Below are positions 37,201 through 49,200 of a stretch of DNA of 64,000 bases, piece after piece. This DNA comes from Malacoraja senta. Taxonomy: Eukaryota. A program made the position numbers and the translations under genes. Position 1 is the stretch's first letter, and each line of letters starts with the position of its first letter. The stretch covers positions 62,001-126,000 of the forward strand of contig JAXLNO010000944.1 in NCBI GenBank assembly GCA_038087875.1, in the 5' to 3' direction. The notes below the pieces were generated by a model that made no database searches, had not been told where the DNA came from, and worked only from the letters and a program-made list of their open reading frames with translations.

Positions 37201-40200
37201 ATGGGAAGACAAATTGGGTTTATTAATTTCAAAAGATAGCTGGGAGGAACGCCTTCTATACATACACTACTGCTCTCTCAATGTTCGGCACTCCCTGATA
37301 CAATTTAAAATACTGCATAGACTCTACTATTCAAAGACCAAATTAAACAAGATCCTCCCAAATGTCTCTCCCATTTGTGATAAATGTCTCCTTCAAGAAG
37401 CGACTATAACTCATTCCTTCGCCTCCTGTATAAAGTTACAAAACTTCTGGAGGGGACTATTTGATATCTTCTCCAAAATACTTAAAATTAAATTGGAACC
37501 AGATATAAAACGGATCACTTTAGGTATGTCAGATGCCTGCTCTAAATTAACGATATTCCAAAGATGTTTCATCAACTATGGCCTAATAACAGCGAAAAAA
37601 TTAATACTCAAATTCAGGAAAAAGATAACAGTCCCTACAGTGAAGATGTGGATTACTGATGAGTCCGAAACACTACATTTGGAAAATATTAGGCTTGTCT
37701 TGGCGGGAAAAGCAGATCAATTTTTTAAGATATGGTTCCCTTTTACTGAATCTCTGCAACAACAGAATGGTTAAACACAAATTTAAACACGATGCCAGGG
37801 ATGGGTGAGGGGGGAAGGTATATCTCCATCTTTTTTTTCCTTATTTCTTTTCTTTTGTTTTGCGCTTCTTTGGTACCTTAGGGGTCAATTTTCTAGCTTG
37901 TTCTTATTTTACTTCTCTTTCGTCATTCTTTTCTTTTTTCTCTTTTTTCCTTTTTTTCGATTTAGGTTCTAACGTTAAAAATGAAGCTGTACAATAATAG
38001 CATAAGTGTTATGTCGATCGTCTTATCCTTGTACAATCGCTTCTAATAAAAGAAATTCTAAAATTAAAAAAAAACGCTAAAGCTGCCTTTGGTTTGAAAA
38101 CGCTAAAGCTGCCTTTGGTTTGAAAACGCTACAGCTGCCTTTGGTTTGAAATCGCTACAGCTGCCTTTGGTTTGAAAACGCTAAAGCCGCCTTTGGTTTG
38201 AAAACGCTTAAGCTGCCTTTCGTTTCAACTCGCTAAAGCTGCCTTTGGTTTGAAAACGCTAAAGCCGCCATTGGTATGAAAACGCTAAAGCTGCCTTTGG
38301 TTTGAAAACGATAAAGCCGCCTTTGGTTTCAACACGCTAAAGCTACCTTTGGTTTGAAAACGCTAAAGTTGCCTTTGGTTTCAAAACGTGAAAGCCGCCT
38401 TTGGTTTGAAAATGTTAAAGCCGCCATTGGTATGAAAACGCTAAAGCCGCCTTTGGTTTGAAAACGCTAAAGCCGCCTTTGATTTGAAAACGCTAAAGCC
38501 GCCTTTGGTTTGAAAACAGGTAAAGCTGCCTATGGTTTGAAAACGCCTACAGCTGTCTTTGGTTTGAAAACGCTAAAGCTGCCTATGGTTTGAAAACGTT
38601 AAAGTTGCCTAAGGTTTGAAAACGCTATGTAGACAAAAGTGCTGGAGAAACTCAGCGGGTGCAGCAGCATCTATGGAGCGAAGGAAATGGGCAACGTTCC
38701 AAAACGCTATAGTTGCCTAAGGTTTGAAAACGCTAAAGTTACCTATGGTTTGAAAACGCAAAAGTTGCCCAGTTTCAAAATGCTAAAGCCAAGCTAAACG
38801 CTAAACGCTATTACTGAGCGACTAATATTAAAAATTTAATCTACTGGATGGATGACACATGCCAACAGATAAACTGGTTTAAAATGGAGAGGGAAGATTG
38901 TTTGCCTTTTAATATAGGCGCGATTCTTCTTTCTCCAACACATATGAATAAATCAATGTATGAGCAAAATCCGATAATACACAGTACCCGACGGATTTGT
39001 AAACAGTTGAAATCAAACCTCAAACTGAGAAATTTCTCTCTCCTTTTACCAATCGCTAATAAACCCTCGATTAAACCGTCTACTTTAGATAAGGCGTTTG
39101 CGCAATGGAAAAACTCAGGAATTAAAACAGTGGGAGATCTTTACGAGAAGGGGATTTTCCTCTTTTTTCAAGAATTACAGGAGAAATATCACTTGAAAGC
39201 AAGTAATTCTTTCAGATATCTTCAAATCCGAGACTATGTGAAAACATATACACAAGACTGTCACTCTATGGGTCCAGATTTACTAGATGACTGCATGAAT
39301 AGACATGTTGATACAAGTAAGTTAATATCCTACATTTACAATACTTTTTTAACTGCATACATCCCATCTTCTGAGAGGCATAGGCGAGCATGGGAAGAAA
39401 AATTGGGTTTATTAATTTCAAAAGATAGCTGGGAGGAAAGCCTTCTATACATACACTACTGCTCTCTCAATGTTCGGCACTCCCTGATTCTATTTAAAAT
39501 ACTGCATAGACTCTACTATTCAAAGACCAAATTAAACAAGATCCTCCCAAATGTCTCTCCCATTTGTTACAAAGTTACAAAACTTCTGGAGGGGACTATT
39601 TGATATCTTCTCCAAAATACTTAAAATTAAATTGGAACCAGATATAAAATGGATCACTTTAGGTATGTCAGATGCCTACTCTAAATTAACGATATTCCAA
39701 AGACGTTTCCTCAACTATGGCCTAATAACGGCGAAAAAATTAATACTCAAATTCTGGAAACAGATAACAGTCCCTACAGTGAAGATGTGGATTACTGATA
39801 AGTCTGATTCACTACATTTGGAAAATATTGGGCTTGTCTTGGCTGGAAAAGCAGATCCATTTATTAAGAAATGGTTCACTTTTAATGAATTTCTGCAACA
39901 ACAGAATGGTAAAACACAAATTTAAACCGGATGCCAGGGATGGGTGAGGGGGGAAGGTATATCTCCATCTTTTTTTAATTTCTTTTCGTTTCTCTTGGTA
40001 GCTTAGGGGTCTATTTTCTAGCTTGTTCTTATTTTACTTCTCTTTCGTCATTCTTTTCTTTTTTCTCTCTTTTTTTCTTTTTTTTCGATTTAGGTTCTAA
40101 CGTTAAAAATGAAGCTGTACAATAATTGTATAACTGTGATGTCGATCGCCTTATCCTTCTACAATCGCTTCTAATAAAAGAAATTAAAACATTTAAAAAA

Positions 40201-43200
40201 ACGCTAAAGCTGCCTTTGTTTTCAAAATGCTAAAGCTGCCTTTCGTTTCAAAACACTAAAGCAGCCTTTAGACTATAGACAATAGACAAGAGACAATAGG
40301 CGCAGGAGTAGGCCATTTGGCCCTTCGAGCCAGCACCGCCATTCAATGTTATCATTGCTGATCATCCCCAATCAGTACCCCGTTCCTGCCTTCTCCCCAT
40401 ATTCTCTGACTCCGCTATTTTTAAGAGCCCTATCTAGCTCTCTCTTGAAAGCATCCAGAGAACCTGCCTCCACTGCCCTCTGACGCAGAGAATTCCACAG
40501 ACTCATCACACTCTGTGAGAAATAGTGTTTCCTCGTCTCCGTTCAAATGGCTAACTCCTTATTCTTAAACTGTGGCTTGTGCACACCCCCAACATCGGGG
40601 ACATGTTTCCTGCCTCTTATATGTTTCAATGAGGTCACCTCTCATCCTTCTAAACTCCAGAGTGTACAAGCCTCGCTGCTCCATTCTCTCAGCATATGAC
40701 AGTCCCGCCATCCCGGGAATTAACCTTGTAAACCAACGCTGCACTCCCTCAATAGCAAGAATGTCCTTCCTCAAATTAGGGGACCAAAACTGCACACAAT
40801 ACTCCAGGTATTGTCACACTAGGGCTCTGTACAACTGCAGAAGGACCTCTTTGCTCCTATATTCAATTCCTCTTGTTATAAAGGCCAATATGCCATTCGC
40901 TTTCTTCACTGCCTGCTGTACCTGCATGCTTACTTTCATAGACTGATGTACAAGGACCCCCAGATCCCGTTGCACTTCCTTTTCCCAACTTGACGCCATT
41001 TAGATAGTAATCTGCCTTCCTGTTTTTGCTACCAAAGTGGATAACCTCACATTTATCCACATTAAACTTCATCTGCCATGCATCTGCCCACTCCCCCAAC
41101 CTGTCGAAGTCACCCTGCATTCTCATAGCATCCTCCTCGCAGTTCACACTGCCACCCAGCTTTGTGTCATCTGCAAATTTTCTAATATTGGAAACACAGA
41201 AAATAGAAAATAGGTGCAGGAGGCCATTCGGCCCTTTGAGCCAGCACCGCCATTCATTGAGATCATGTCCCCTATCAAGAACCCGTGCCTGCCTTCTCCC
41301 CATATCCCTTGACTCCACTAGACCCTAGAGCTCTATCTAACTCTCTCTTAAATCCATCCAGTGACTTGTCCTCCACTCCCCTCTGTGGCAGGGAATTCCA
41401 TAAAATCACAACTCTGGGTGAAAACATTTTTTCTCACCTCAGTCTTAAATGACCTCCCCTTTATTCTAAGACTGTGGCCCCTGTTTCTGGACTCGCCCAA
41501 TATTGGGACTATTTTTCCTGCATCTTGCTTGTCCAGTCCTTTTATAATTTTATATGTTTCTATAAGATCCCCCTCATCCTTCTAAACTCTAGAGAATACA
41601 AGACTAGTCTTTTTAATCTTTCCTCATATGACAATCCCACCATCCCAGGGATCAATCTCATGAACCTACGCTGCACTGCCTCAATCACAAGGATGTCCTT
41701 GCTCAAATTAGGAGACCAACACTGTACACAATACTCCAGATGTGGTCTCACCAGAGCCCTATACAACTGCAGAAGAACCTCTTTACTCCGATACTGAAAT
41801 CCTCTTGTTATGAAGGCCAACATTCCATTAAATTTCTCCAGTGCCTGCTGTACCTGTAAGACAACTTTCAGTGACCGGTGTACAAGGACGCCCAGGTCTC
41901 GCTGCACCTCCCCCTTACCTAACCTAACCCCATTGAGATAATAATCTGCCCCCTTGTTTTTGCCGCAAAAGTGGATAACCTCACATTTATCTATATTATA
42001 CTGCATCTGCCACGCATCTGCCCACTCACTCAACCTGTCCAGGTCACCCTGCAACCTCCTAACATCCTCTTCACAGTTCGCACTGCCACCCAGCTATGTG
42101 TCATCCGCAAACTTCCTAGTGTTGCTCCTAATTCCTTCTTCCAAATCATTAATATATATGGTAAACAGTTGCGGCCCCAACACCGAACCTTGCGGCACTC
42201 CACTCGCCACTGCCTGCCATTCAGAAAAGAACCCGTTTACTCCTACTCTTTGCTTCCGGTCTGTCAACCAATTTTCTATCCATGTCAACACCCAACCCCC
42301 AATACCATGTGCTCTAATTTTAGTCAGCAGTGTCCCGTGCGGGACCTTATCAAATGCTTTCTGAAAGTCTAGATACACTACATCCACTGGCTCTCCTTCA
42401 TCCATTTTACTTGTCACATCCTCAAAACATTCCAGAAGATTAGTCAAGCATGATTTCCCTTTCATAAATCCATGTTGACTTGGACTAATCCTTTTACTGC
42501 TATCCAAATGCCCCATTATTACCTCTTTAATAATTGACTCCAGCATCTTTCCCACCACCGAAGTCAGGCTAACTGGTCTGTAATTCCCCTTTTCTCTCTT
42601 GCTCCTTTCTTGAAAAGTGGGATATTAGCTATCCTCCAATCCACAGGAACTGATCCTTAATCTATTGAACATTGGAAAATGATCACCAATACGTCCACTA
42701 TTTCTAGAGCCACCTCCCTGAGGACCCAGGGATGCAGACCATCAGGTCCCGATGATTAATCATCCTTCAGTCCCATTAGCCTACCGAATACTATTTCTAA
42801 CCTAATGACAATTTATTTCAGTTCCTCTACCCCCTTAGATCCTCTTTCCTCCCGTACATATGGGAGATTGTTTGTGTCTTCCTTAGTGAAGACAGATCCG
42901 AAGTACCTATTCAACTCTTCCGCCATTTCCTTGTTGCCCATAATAATTTCACCCGTGTCTGCCTTCAAGGGACCCACATTTGACTTTGCTACTTTTTCCC
43001 TTAACGTATCTAAATAAGCTTTTACTGTCATTTTTAATAATCCTGGCCAGCTTCCCTTCGTACTTCATCTTTCAGCCCGTATTGCCCGTTTTGTTTCCTT
43101 CTGTTGTCCAATGAAAGTTTCCCAATCCTCTGGCTTCCGGCTACTCTTTGCTGTTTTAATACATCTTTTCTTTTAGTTTTATTTTACTTCGGACTGATGT

Positions 43201-46200
43201 ACAAGGACCCCAGATCCATTTTTCCGAAATTGACACCATTTAGATAGTAATCTGCCTTCCTGTTTTGCTACCAAAGTGGATAACCTCACATTTATCCGCA
43301 TTAAACTTAATCTGCCATGCATCTGCCCACTCCCCCAACCAGTCCAAGTCACCCTGCATTCCCATAGCATCCTCCTCACAGTTCACACTGCCACCCAGCT
43401 TTGTGTCATCTGCAAATTTGCTAATGTTACTTTGAATCCCTTCATCCAAATCATTGATGTATATTGTAAATAGCTATGGTACCAGCACAGAGCCTTGCGG
43501 TACCCCACTAGTCACTGCCTGCCATTCTGAAAGGGACCCGTTAATCCCTACTCTTTGTTTCCTGTCTGCCAACCACTTTTCTATCCATGTCAGCACTCTG
43601 CCCCAAAAACCATGTGCCCTAATTTTGTTCATTAATCTTCTATGTGGGACCTTATCAAATGCTTTTTGAAAGTCCAGGTACACTACATCCACTGGCTCTC
43701 CCTTGTCGATTTTCCTAGTTAAATCATCAAAAAATCCCAGAAGATTAGTCAAGCATGATTTCCCCTTCGTAAATCCATGCTGACTCAGACCGATCCTGTT
43801 ACTGCTATCCAAATGTGCGGCTATCTCATTTTAAATAATTGACTCCAGCATCTCCCCCACCACCGATGTCAGGCTAACTGGTCTATAATTCCCCATTTTC
43901 TCTCTACCGCCTTTCTTAAAAAGTGGGATAACATTAGCTACCCTCCAATCCACAGGAACTGATCCTGAGTCTATAGAACATTGGAAAATTATCACCAATG
44001 CATCCACGGTTTCTAGAGCCACTTCCTTAAGTACCCTGGCATGCAGACCATCAGGCCCTGGGGATTTATCAGCCTTCAGTCCCATCAGTCTATCCAACAC
44101 AATTTCCTGCCTAATGCTTTCAAAACGCTAAAGCTGCCTTTGGTTTCATAACGCTAAAGCTGCCTTTGCTTTCAAAAAGCTAAAGCCGCCTATGGTTTGA
44201 AAACGCTAAAGTTGCCTTTGGTTTGAAAACGCTAAATTCGCCTTTGGTTAGAAAACGCTAAAGCGCCTTTGGTTAGAAAACGCTAAAGCCGCCTTTGGTT
44301 TCAAAACGCTAAAGCTGTCTTTGGTTTGAAAATGCTAAAGCTGCATATGGTTTGAAAACGCTAAAGCTGCCTTTGTTTTGAAAACGCTAAAGCTGCCTTT
44401 GGTTTCAAAACGCAACAGCTGCCTTTTGTTTCAAAACGCTAAAGCCGCCTTTGGTTTGAAAACGCTAAAGCTGCCTTTAGTTTGAAAACGCTAAAGCCGC
44501 CTTTGGTTTGAAAACGCTAAAGTCGCCTTTGGTTTGAAAACGCTAAAGCTGCCTATGGTTTGAAAACGCTAAAGTTGCCTATGGTTTGAAAACGCTAAAG
44601 TTGCCTTTGGTTTGAAAACGCTAAATTTGACTTTTTCTAAATGTGCGCTTGGCAGCCTTGCACCCTGCCTAAAGTGGCATTTCAAGGAATAGCCTTGAGT
44701 CAACTGCCAGCCCACCAGCCGTGAGTGAGTGAGCTGCCAGCACACCAGGCTTGAGTGACTGAGCCGCAGCCCAAGAATCCATTCGGCCCACAATGTCCAT
44801 AGTAGCCCTCTGGAAACCAGTCCCTTCAGCCCACAACACCCATACTAGTGCTCCAGAGAGCCCCCCCTCCCGTGTGAAGCTGGGACCCAATGGGTTCTAC
44901 TTAGTCTTGTCGCTTAGTAAAATTGTAAATTATCCCTAATGTGTGCAGGATAGTGGTAGTGTGTGTGGATTGCTGGTCGGCGCAGACTTTCAGCACTGTA
45001 TCTCTAAAACAAAACAAAAAAAGACCAAAAGTAGCCATTTCAGGCAGAATGTGAAGGAAAGCTTGCCATGCTAGGACCAGAGGCCTTAGCATGGCATGGA
45101 AACTCCCAAGCCTTTCCTGATGTCTTCTGAGTGAGGGCTACATGTATATATGTATGTAGTTTGTTTTGTTTGTGCTATTCTTATAACAAATGTAAAGCAC
45201 TTTGGCCAACGAGAGTTGTTTTTTAAATGTGCTATATAAATAAATGTGACTTGATTTGACAAGCCTCAGAATAAAAGGACGTTCCTTTGGGAAGGATATG
45301 AGGAGGAATTTCTATAATCAGAGTGTGGTGAATCTGTGGAATTCACTGCCTCAGTAGGCTGTGGATCTTTTTAAGGAAGAGATAGATAGATTATTGATTA
45401 GTATGGGTGTCAGGAGTTATGGGGAGAAGGCAGGGGAATGAGGTTGAGGGTAAGATAGATCAGCCATGATTGAATGACGGAGTAGACTTGATGAGCTGAA
45501 TGGCCTATTTCAGCTCCTATTACTTATGAACCATGACTCCCTGTGCCCGCTCTACCCCTTCCACACCAGCACCAGCTCGTTCTCCCCGCACCCACCTTGG
45601 TATTGCAACCAACTGCCCGCAGCGCCGGCTCCGTCCGTTCCTCATGCTCCTGCTGGATGGCGGCGATGTCAGCCTGGAAGCAAACACACGCAGCGTTACA
45701 GTCTCACCAGGGGCACGCACCCACCCCACCTCTGTCCAACACAGATCCAGAGCCTTTGCAGAGAGAGAATACCAAATGTGTGCAGATTCGTAGGTTAATT
45801 GGCTGCAGTAAATTGCCTCTTCCATGTCGGCAAGTGGAGAATCTGGGTGGGAGGGGATTGAAGACAATATGGAAAGAATAAAGTTCAGTTCAGTTTAGTT
45901 TATTGTCACGTGTACAGTGAAAAGCTTTTGTGGCATGCTATCCAGTCAGCAGAAAGACAATACATGATTACAATCGGGGCATTTACAGTGTATAGATACA
46001 TGATAAGAGAATAGCGTTTAGTGCAAGGTAAAGTTAGTAAAGTCCCATTAAAGATAGTCTGAGGGTCACCAATGAGGTAGATCGTAGTTCAGGACTGCTC
46101 TCTAGTTGTGGTAAACTTATTCAGTCGCCAGATAACAAATGGATTAGATTAGTGCAAATGGGTGATCAATGGTCAGCGTGGACTCAGTGGGTCAAAGGAC

Positions 46201-49200
46201 CAGTTTTCATGCCATCTCTCTCAATGACTACCAGGCAGGTTAAGCAACAGCTGGATTTCCTCCTGTGTCAATCACGGCTCTGCTCACCCCCCTACGGACA
46301 GACTCTACACATCACTGCCAGGCAGGGGTGTGGGAAGAGGCCAATCTGCCAGCATTTGACACTCACCTGCACCCTCTCCAGCGACTCGAAGGGCAGCATG
46401 TTCCGAAGCTCCTCCAGTCTCTGAAGGGTTATCTTGCCCAGCAGCTTGATGACGTGGGCTGGTGTCAGCGGGGGAGGGAGGCGTATGGTTTCAGACGGCT
46501 CACCGCCCCAGTCTAGCCAAGCCCGGAAGGCAGCGGTCAGCAGCTCCAGCTCCTTCTCCATTCTCTGCATTCGCACCTGCAGGCCAGCCTAGGAACAGAG
46601 CAAGACAGTCAGCTTGGGCAGTATGGTGATGCAGTGGTAGAGTTGCTGCCTTACAGCGCCAGAGACACGAGTTTGATCCTGACTACAGATGCTGCCTGTA
46701 TGAAGTTTGTACGTTCTCCCCATGACCTGCATGGGCTTTCTCCGAGATCTTTGGTTTCCTCCCACACTCCAATGATGTACTGGCTTGTAGATTAATTGGC
46801 TTAGTATTAATGTAAAATTGTCCCTAGCGTGTGTGGGATGGTGTTAGTGTGCGGGGATCGCTGGTCGGTGTGGACCCGGTAGGCCAAAAGGCCTGTTCCT
46901 GCTCTGTATCTCTAAACTAAAGTCCATATCAACCTGACCTAGAATATAGCCATCGCCGCCCTTCAATGAGACCGTGCACCGCACATTTATTGTCAAGGCC
47001 AGGTTCCACAGCATCGAAGGGGAACATCTCCAACCTAATGCAGGCCAACTGCAGCCAAACTCTCCATCCTGCAACCCCATCTCAACCCCCAACTCTCCAC
47101 CCCATTCACTCTGCCCCCAACCCACCCAGCAGCCCACCCCTTCTCCTCCACTTATCTCACATCTCTCCTCTATTTTCCCCTCAACTACTTTCTCCCCAGG
47201 GTGGAAATATCAAAGAGCTTTACGATAAGAGGGATAAAGTTTAAAAGGTGATAGTTTTTATACCAGGTGGATGCCTGGAACACACTCTGCCAGGAGAGGC
47301 GGTGGAGGCAGATACGATAGAGGCATTTGATAGTCGTATGGAGATGGAGGGAATGGTGGGATATGGATCCTGTGCATGCAAGCAAGATTAGTCATCTTTG
47401 CGTTATGTTCCACATTGACATTGTGGGCTGAAAGGCTGTTCCCCTGCTGCACCCTCCTCCCACCCACATTTCCAGCACTCCTCTGCCTTTCATCTCTGCT
47501 CACCCATTCCCTCAATGGCCATGGGAAAGCTTTGATCAACATTTCTCCAATGACAGCTCGGGTTCAAGTCGTTCCAGCAACAACAGCTATGGGCTGCAGG
47601 AAGGTCAAATCCGTGTGTGCGTGTGTGTGTCCGCCCGCCCGTCCGTCCGCGTGTGACCTCTCAGGTGCAGAATTAAACGCTGTCTTGTCCCTGGGTGGCA
47701 GCTCTGGCCAACACCTCCCAACCACAGCCACAAAGCTGCAAGTCTCACTGCTCTTTCTGCCTGGGGATTGTGTGCAGTTTAGTTTAGAGATACAACAAGG
47801 AAACAGGCCCTTTGGCCCACCGGGTCAGCACTGACCAGCGATACCCATGCACTAACACTGTCCCACACACACTAGGGACAATTTATACCCAGCCAATTCA
47901 CCAACAAACCTGTACGTTTTTGGAGTGTGGGAGGAAACCAAAGATCTCGGAGAAAACCCACGCAGAGAGAAGGTACAAACTTCATTCAGACAGCACCCGT
48001 AATCAGGATTGAACCCGGGTCTCCGGTGCTGCAAGCGCTGTAAGGCCGTAACTCTACCACTATGCCACCGTGCGGTCCTTGATTCCACATTTACTGACCG
48101 GAGCAGACATCCATACCATGTGCGGTAACTGTCAAATGACAAAGATTATCCCGAGAATGCTTTGGATCTAAATAAGTATGAATTGGCGCATGGACTTTTC
48201 TCACGAGGAAGGTGAGCTGGCCACACAGAAGCGGGCAGCTAACGAAGGGTGTGCAAACCACACAAACGGGCGGGGAGCTCAAAGCTGCACAGCACGGCTC
48301 GTGTCGAGAAACCAGTTGGCAAGCTGTCAAAATGCACAGGAGGGAACTGCAGATGCTGGTTTAAACCGAATATAGCCACAAAAACTGGAGTAACTCAGCG
48401 GGTCAAGTAGCATCTCCAGAGAGAAAGAATAGGTGACTTTTCGGATCGAGAAATTCCAGAAATGTCACCTATTCCATTCTCCAGTGAATCTGCCTGACCT
48501 GCTGAGTTACTCCAGCATTTAATGTCTAGCAAGTCTGTGCAATTATGCACAGTGGTCGGTTCAGTGGTGTTGTGAGCTTGGACGACTGCTCTATCTCTAA
48601 ACTAAACTGAACCTGCAGAAATCAGTTAGGGGAGGCTGGAGTGGGATTCAGAGGGTGAATTCAAGGAGGTGCACTGCCCCTGCTGCCATCCTTGGGTACT
48701 CTCTCTCTCCCAGGGTGGAAATCACTATCAAAACATGGGGGGGTGGGCGACACAATTGCTTGGTGGCCAGGCGCATGCGCACACACAAACACATTCGCGC
48801 ACACAAACACGCGTGGCTTTGGCCGTGGGCCCTGTGGACGGTAACATCGGGAGCTGACCTGGTTGGTGACCGACTCCGAACTCCAGCAACAGCAGCTTCG
48901 TCCGTCCCGAATCGTGGGGCTTGAATCGGCCCGGTCGCGGGGCCTTTCATCGCCCGGCCTCAGTAACATCGGGAGCCTCGATTGCCTCGATGCTGCAGAT
49001 TGATTTTAAGCCGCACCGGGCGATGAAAGACCCCACGATTCAGCCCTTAGATAACTTCTGATACCCTCTTGAATCTTTCAAAAGCAACAATGTGATAAAT
49101 AACACTTAAACAAATAAAACTGAAGCAAATAAAGGCAAACAGAAGAAACAACCTTGGAGGGGAAAAAAATACTAAATAACGTGAGTGACCTGAATGAGGG

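Larger units (their letters stand above)
35860..44628. repeat. 26-bp minisatellite arrays (35860-36613, 38071-38790, 40198-40270, 44117-44628)
   Basis: Unit ctgcctttggtttgaaaacgctaaag; period 26 checked at 38081/38107. Confidence 0.95.
35463..44909 (+). mobile_element. Non-autonomous Helitron (9.4 kb) with internal minisatellite and nested insertions
   Basis: A|TC 5' end at 35463. 3' end has a degenerate hairpin gggacccaatgggttct and CTTG|T. No TSD. It splits a SINE whose halves (35283-35462, 44910-45010) rejoin. 44640-44909 is homologous to 30640-30911. Confidence 0.85.

Noticed and set aside
35860-44628. 26-bp repeats as a CRISPR array
   Set aside because: Units are directly adjacent with no unique spacers, there are no cas genes, and the context is eukaryotic.
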